From positions 1 to 14,257 of the forward strand of contig CBFFRQ010000137.1 in assembly GCA_965644315.1 (NCBI GenBank): a stretch of 14,257 nt of DNA, written 5' to 3'. The stretch's first letter is position 1, and each line of letters starts with the position of its first letter. Shown one piece after another: positions 9,002 to 14,257 of this stretch. A program made the position numbers and the translations under genes. The notes below the pieces were generated by a model that worked only from the letters and a program-made list of their open reading frames with translations, made no database searches and was not told where the DNA came from. The stretch comes from Caecitellus pseudoparvulus. Taxonomy: Eukaryota; Protista; Bigyra: Bicosoecida.

Positions 9002-11708
9002 GGAGGGCTGCGCAGTGCGGCAAACCGCGCTGCGGAAATCGGTTGTGTTAGTCATTTTTCGCGGTGGCGATTCAAGTGAGAGTGGCGCGAGGTTGGGACG
9101 CCTGCCATGCTTGACACATAAATACTTGAGAGATACTGTCTGTTGCGAGGCATGAAGGCTTGGGCTCTTCCTGGTCCCGCTGCAGCGGGTGTGAAGTTCG
9201 CCCCTGTCGTGGAGATGGCTGGCAAGTGCAGAGGTGTTGGCGTGGTCTGCAACCGGGTTGTGGAAGAGCGATGGATTTACCGCAACATGCTCATGACAGG
9301 ATGCATGCTGGTATAAGCTGCTTCCTCCGCCTTGCATACCGCCGTGGATGTGAGAGCGCTGTGGGAGAGGTATTGGCGTTGGGATTTCTTGGGTGGGCCT
9401 GTGTAGGAAGTGGAGGCGCCTGAGCGCCTGCGGGCTTTGTGTGAAGCCATTGACTTTAACACAGCCATGTTCGACATTCACGGCATTGCAACATCAAGGG
9501 CAGTCGATGAGCGCTGCGGTGGCAGCATCGTGCCACACCTTGTTGTGCCACACCCGATATCGTCTGTGGCCACCCTGGGAGGCATCATCGCCGCCGCCTT
9601 CATCCGGAACTCGTCTTCAGATGAGGGTATGCCTGCTTGCGTCTCGTGACAGGCGACTCCCGAGGCTCTGTGTGTGTGCGGCAGGTGTATGCCGGCTTGC
9701 AGTACATCCAAGAGCTGGGCCATGGCGTGCAGACAGAGGGCGAAGCAGTCAAGTCTCTGTGCCGTGCTGAACGAGAGACGTACGAGGCGCGGTCAGTGGC
9801 TTTGGTGGACATTGAGAAGGTCGGTGTCTGTGTGTGGGACATCTCCAACGACCGTGTGGAGGGCGACTTCGCCCCTGTGGAAGTGCAGGGTTCGGCCGCG
9901 GATGTTGCGGACTCAGGCGAAAGCGACCTGCCAGGTTTCTTGGGCGAGATGAGCGTGCCGCCTGGCGAAGGGTACGAGCCCGTTCCCGTCAGGATGGAGA
10001 AGCTGGACATTCCGTTGACGGGGGAGGACAGCAAGTGCTTCATGGATGCTCGAACTCTCGTCCAAAGCACGAAGCGGTACCCCACGGAGGAAGAGCCAGC
10101 CCTTTTCGTGCAGACTGCATCGAAGTCCATCGTGCCGTGGCGACTGACTCAGCTGGATGCCGAGCCGCTGGGCGCCACGACGGAGTGGCTGAAGTCGGCC
10201 AAGCACATCACCGCCAAGCTGCTGCCAGGGCGCTTGAGCAACTTCACAGCACACTGGCCCCTCATGGACCCAGATACCGGCGACTACGACACGAAGTACT
10301 TGCTCACAGCTGGGCGGGAGATCTACGTCTTGCACTGCGGCAACGGGTATGGGCTGTTGGAAGACGGGGACGAGGCGACCCTGGAGAAGGAGCGGCAGGC
10401 ACGCCTGCTGCTGCATGGCCTCATTCCCGATGACGGTATCCCCGTTGGCATCGTGTCGTACTTCTTCGCCTTCCCCTCTGCCTTTGTCGGGGCCACGCGA
10501 GAAGTGCGCAACAGACTGGAGCCTGACACAGACGCCTCCCGTGAGTTTGCCTCAGCGCCAGTGACAGGACTGCAGTTGAAGTACAAGAGCCAATTGCCCT
10601 CATTGACCACGTTCCTGCCAACCAGATGGCTTGGGGAGCTCTGTCGTGGTTTGCGACGGTGACGAGCACTGGTGGTATCTACTTCAGCAATGTCACGAAA
10701 CAAGCACGTGCTCTGAACCACTTTGCCGCCGACGTCATCGAGCTGTCTACAGGGGAGCGCATCACGCAGGTCTCGTCCATCGCGAACCCCCTGGCGGTGA
10801 AGTGGGAGGCCACCGACGATGACGGCAAGATTCAGCGGCAGGTGTGGCTGGACTACGTGGCTGCTGCCACTGAGAAGCAAGCGTCCATGAGTGAAGAGGA
10901 GGAGACCATTGTGGTGGATGCGCCGCGCCCCAGCATGCCCACCCCCAATGACGTCATCCTGGTGGGCACGTCACATGGGCGACTGCTGGCCGTGCTCGGC
11001 GCTCCGCGCTCTGCTCACGCCACGGAGTCCTTGTGGATGGACTGGCGGGTGGTGGCTGAGATGGCACCGCAACACGAGGGCAGCATCACGCAGATCGTGC
11101 CCATGAGCAAGGACTTCCGGCACAAGGTGGAACCGTAGATCAGTTCCTCCATGCCGACACTGCGGGTGGACCGGCTGTCCGCTGCCATTGACTTCCTCTT
11201 CATCACCACCGGCGCCGACCGCAAGATCAAGCTGATGACTCTGGACATGGACAACAACTTCATCTGCTTGTCTGAAACAAGCCACGCGGAGGATCCCTCC
11301 ACGCAGGTGTCCAAGGTGGACCTGAGCGGGCTTGGCGCCGGGCACCGGCCCTCGGCGGTGGATGCCCGTGCAGAGCATTCTGCAACGCTGACAGGCTCTG
11401 GCGCGAGTGGCCTGCACGAGTCATCATCGTCTGTGCCGCAGGATGGCGCTGGCGAGTCCAAGGCACCACCTCCTTTGCCCCCCCCTGCATCGAGTCGGGC
11501 AGACAGCCCAGGCGGATTTGAAGCGGAAGAGAAGCAGAAGCCTGGCAGTGGGCAAGCCAAACCCGCCCAGGGCGGCTCTCCTGGCTGCCTCTCCTCCAGT
11601 GGCAACCCTGGTGAGGACGATGATGACCTGGATGAACACAAGGAGGACGCCATGCTGAAGATGAGCACCATGCGTCTCCTGACAGGGCAGAGCAAGAAGC
11701 AGGGCTAG
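9002..11708 (+). pseudogene. Disrupted WD40-repeat protein with possible N-terminal F-box-like segment, 3'-truncated by telomeric repeats
   Basis: WD40-like pieces: KVGVCVWDIS, ILVGTSHGRLLAV, QHEGSITQI...FLFITTGADRKIKLM. The upstream frame (same as ORF 9410..) reads through stops as ...ILERYCLLRGMKAW...GCMLV*AASSALHTAVDVRALWERYWRWDFLGGPV*EVEAPERL, which is F-box-like. In-frame stops at 9077, 9119, 9314, 9404 and 11136; frameshift near 10618-10621. The final TAG is part of the telomeric tract. The 5' boundary is approximate. Confidence 0.6.
9627..9684 (+). other. Probable intron (58 nt) in the WD40-like gene
   Basis: G|GTATGC donor and GTGCGGCAG| acceptor. The phase does not reconcile with ORFs 9410.. 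and 9637.. without one extra indel nearby. Confidence 0.5.
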
Positions 11709-11721
11709 GGTTAGGGGTTAG
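11705..11721 (+). repeat. Telomeric repeat tract 1 (CTAGGG TTAGGGG TTAG)
   Basis: Read directly; G-rich strand on +, so the chromosome end would be to the right. Confidence 0.85.
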
Positions 11722-11802
11722 CAATTCACAATGCATTTCACCTCGGCACAGCTTGGCACCGTACAGCTTGAGCGTCACACGGGCGCCCCACAATGCACCT
11801 CT
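11722..11802 (-). mobile_element. 81-bp insert between telomeric tracts; probable truncated 3' end of a telomere-attached element related to 11857..>14257
   Basis: Shares collinear motifs with the sequence after tract 2: CAATGCATT (11729 / 11862), GTACAGCTTG(A/G)GC (11761 / 11901), GCGCC(CC)ACAA..ATGCA (~11783 / ~11934). Confidence 0.55.
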
Positions 11803-11856
11803 TTAGTTAGGTTAGGGTTAGGGTTAGGGGTTAGGGTTAGGTTAGGTTAGGGTTAG
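11803..11856 (+). repeat. Telomeric repeat tract 2: ten TTAG(1-4) units, mostly TTAGGG
   Basis: TTAG TTAGG TTAGGG TTAGGG TTAGGGG TTAGGG TTAGG TTAGG TTAGGG TTAG read directly. Confidence 0.95.
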
Positions 11857-12066
11857 CTACTCAATGCATTGCAGATTGCCTCCATGCAGGCTACATCATG
11901 GTACAGCTTGGGCTTGGACATGTGGTGCCACCTGCGCCACAACAGAATGCAGTGACACAGACACCACGACGGCACCGCTTGCACGGCTTTGCGACTAGCA
12001 CAGACTCGTGTCCGTTGTATAAGTCGCCGTCTGTCTTGGCGCTTCAGCGCCCGCCCCGGTGGGATG

Positions 12067-12147
12067 GTCTTGAGGTGTAGGTCCAGGTCTCGGTCCACTC
12101 TTGTCTTGTCCGTCCAGTCCAGTCTCGTCCGTCTCGGTCCGATGTCC
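12067..12147. repeat. Degenerate short-period repeat: 13 GTCY units (RGAC on the minus strand) in 81 nt
   Basis: Counted by hand in ...GTCCAGGTCTCGGTCCACTCTTGTCTTGTCCGTCCAGTCCAGTCTCGTCCGTCTCGGTCCGATGTCC. Confidence 0.7.
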
Positions 12148-12471
12148 AGGGGTGGAGACCCGACTTGCTTGGCTTGGGTGGCGGTGTGGGCTGGAGGATA
12201 TGGACTCGACACGGACTGGGTGTTGCTGAGATGCAAGCACACGACCCAGCCCGGCTGTCCCTTCGGCTCAGGTTTGGGGGCGGCCTCACAGATCTTGCTG
12301 CAAGTGCCTTCCCCTTCCACTGAGCCGAGTCCTGATGTGTTGGTATCGATGTTGGGTTGGTGATGGTGAGGTTGGGTTGGACTTTCCAATGTCCGATGTC
12401 AGCTATGTGCGTCGGTCGCGACACAAAGCTTCAGTCATGTGTGGCACAGGGAGTATGCCCCCACAGGTGAC

Positions 12472-14257
12472 TTACATCAGGCGTCCACCCATCTGCCCGA
12501 TCGAGATGTGGGGCACATCCTTGACCTTGGGCAGGCGACCCTCGCCGTCTTCAGGCACCAGCCGCTTGAGGGGGTCCTTGACCTCAGCCTCCAGGGTGGC
12601 GGCCTGCTGTCGGGTCATCCGCCCATGAGGCATGGCCACCCTTGTGCCCTTGCCAGCGATGAGGGTCTGGGGGTGCACGGTGCCGTCGGTGGCCTTGTGA
12701 GGCAGGGGGGGGAAGTCATCTCGGAGAGACTGGAGTGCCCCTCGAAGCCTGTCCCGGAAGGGTGCTGGACTGCCCGCCTCGGGTGTGGTCCAGATCCGGT
12801 ACAAGACGTTGATGCCTTCGGCTGCCAGCCGGGTCATGCACTTGTGCAGGGGCAGCTCGTCATGGAGGTCAGGGATGTCGGGGTTCCACAGCACCAGCTT
12901 GCCTCGATCATGGTCGACGAGGATGAGCTGCAGATGGGCCGTGTTGTCGGTCCACACCTCTCGAAGTGCGAAGGCATACAGCACTCCGTCGAGGTGCCCC
13001 TCTTGGTCACCCTCTTCATCAACCTGGCTGGGGTCGACGCCGGCCTGGCCAAGGTCATCATGCCCGGCTGGGGCACGGTACCCTTGGTTGATGCGGTCGA
13101 TGAGCAGGTGCAGGCCGGGAAGCAGGACTGGTGGTGTACCTGGGGCCAGGAAGGTGTCATCCGGCGAGTGCTGGTGCAGCATGTTGCGGAAGACGGCCAC
13201 CCGTTGCCCGTCTGAGCGGAAGGGGGAGGGTGGCTTCTGGCCGACGTCCATGATGTCCGAGCTGGACGAGTCACTGACCACCCCCTCCAGCTGCCTGACC
13301 ATGTGCTTGAAGGCAAGCTGGGCAGCGTTGATGGTGGCTGCATGCTGGAGTAGGAGGAGGTCCCCAGCCTCGAAGACCCTCTCCCCTGCTGCCGTCTCGA
13401 GACAGGCCTGGACACAGGCCCGCCCCCCACGGGAGAGTACACGTGGGTCGATGACAGCAGGTCGGCCAGAGGGCCAGGCTTGATGGGGTACTCGGCCAGG
13501 TGCTCGGGTGTCCGCACACTGTCATGAAGAGGCACCACCCTTGTGATCACCTCCCATGCTGCTGCTGCAGACGGCCGATACCGGTGCACCTCGGGGCTTG
13601 CCTCGCCCGACGGGGTGGGGGACGGCCACTTGCGGTCGACGCCCCGCTGCACCCTTGATGAAGGCAACATGGCATGCACCACAGGGGTGGTGACGGTATC
13701 TTTGGGTGAGCCTTGGGTGGCAGGTGGTGAGGTTGGTCGAGGTGCAGGTGGCCGGACGTTCTTGATGAAGACGTCCTCGAAGGTGAGGGATCGTCCGGCT
13801 GACTTGCCCTTTCCTCGCTTGCCTCGACGGGTCTTCTTCTTCTTCGGTGCCTTGTCGAGCTGAGTGTCAGTCCAGGTCGATGGTGTCTTGGTGTCGACAG
13901 GTGCATCACCCTCGGAGGGGACGGATTGTCTGACACTGGGACGGACGGCTTGGGCTGGCACGGGGCCATGGTCGAAGTGGGACCTAACGAGGCACATGAC
14001 CTTGGCAACATCACCTGACTGGCAGGCGATTTCGGTTGCTTCCTTGGTCACTTGGTGGGCCACTTGGATGGCGGTGGGGTGGGCCTTCACCTTCACTTTC
14101 GCCTTCGCCGATGCGAACTGCTTGGTGTTGGTGTAGGCCACGGCGACGAACCCACCTTGGCCGACTCGAATGGCGAAGTCGTCCTCTTGAGCAGCAAGAA
14201 TGCGAAGTTGACGTGCCACTGTTGGTGAATCACCCTCACTTCCGAGCGTGACGAGAT
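12472..14257 (-). CDS. Uncharacterised element-encoded protein, 5'-partial, >590 aa if one -1 frameshift at ~13420-13460 is bridged
   Basis: The frame of ORF 12834..14219 is open to the window edge and looks coding until ...PGPLADLL. The -1 frame continues VIDPRVLSRGGRACVQACLETAAGERVFEAGDLLLLQHAATINAAQLAFKH into ORF 12472..13302. Contains basic KKKKTRRGKRGKGK (~13803-13844), Pro/Ser-rich linkers and a globular-looking C-terminus. Confidence 0.65.

Larger units (their letters stand above)
11857..14257 (-). mobile_element. Putative telomere-associated retroelement, 3' portion (last ORF + ~615-nt 3' UTR ending in CCCTAA repeats on its sense strand)
   Basis: An apparently intronless minus-strand ORF points toward the centromere, and its 3' UTR abuts the telomeric tract with no poly(A). 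Polarity is that of terminal EN-deficient Penelope-like elements. No RT or endonuclease motif seen in the window. Confidence 0.55.

Noticed and set aside
11127-11138. 12-nt GT...AG micro-intron (GTGGAACCGTAG) that would remove the in-frame TAG
   Set aside because: Far shorter than the other introns here (58-95 nt) and than known spliceosomal minima; a nonsense mutation is simpler.
11701-11860. Repeat-spacer-repeat pattern as a CRISPR array
   Set aside because: The repeats are telomeric hexamers of unequal tract length, the context is eukaryotic, and there are no cas genes.
12380-12403. Hammerhead-ribozyme-like core on the minus strand (CTGACA...GAAA), expected in Penelope-like elements
   Set aside because: The core is CTGACAT rather than CTGANGA and I cannot build stem II or III. 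The CTGAAGC sites near 12041 and 12428 lack a downstream GAAA. An Infernal/RNAMotif search would be needed.
12439-13483. Plus-strand ORFs 12439..13215 and 12785..13483, and other long antisense ORFs such as 7000..8073
   Set aside because: Shadow ORFs opposite GC-rich coding frames, without protein-like motifs.
12472-14257. Calling the minus-strand ORF a reverse transcriptase
   Set aside because: No Y/FxDD in RT context or other RT motifs found; the EDDF and HDDL occurrences lack the surrounding motifs.

Overview
Eukaryotic, GC-rich (protist-like) sequence with GT-AG introns and TTAGGG repeats, most likely a subtelomere. From left to right: (1) a 5'-truncated HAD-family hydrolase; (2) directly abutting it, a disrupted fragment of a large FN3-like/Cys-rich repeat surface protein, then a short orphan Cys-rich coding fragment; (3) one intact 3-exon gene (~1355 aa) with P-loop NTPase + restriction-endonuclease-fold motifs (Crinkler/RHS 'CR effector' architecture) and an N-terminus resembling a mitochondrial presequence; (4) a stop- and frameshift-riddled F-box/WD40-like gene that runs straight into telomeric repeats; (5) two internal TTAG(2-4) tracts, each ending in the same GGTTAG register and each followed by a related sequence (81 bp, then >2.4 kb carrying a minus-strand ORF). 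This last arrangement matches serial attachment of telomere-primed retroelement 3' ends (Athena/Coprina/Terminon-like geometry), but no reverse transcriptase motif is visible in the window. Several -1 frameshifts sit at short homopolymers and may be long-read errors. All family calls come from motif recognition by eye; no searches were run.
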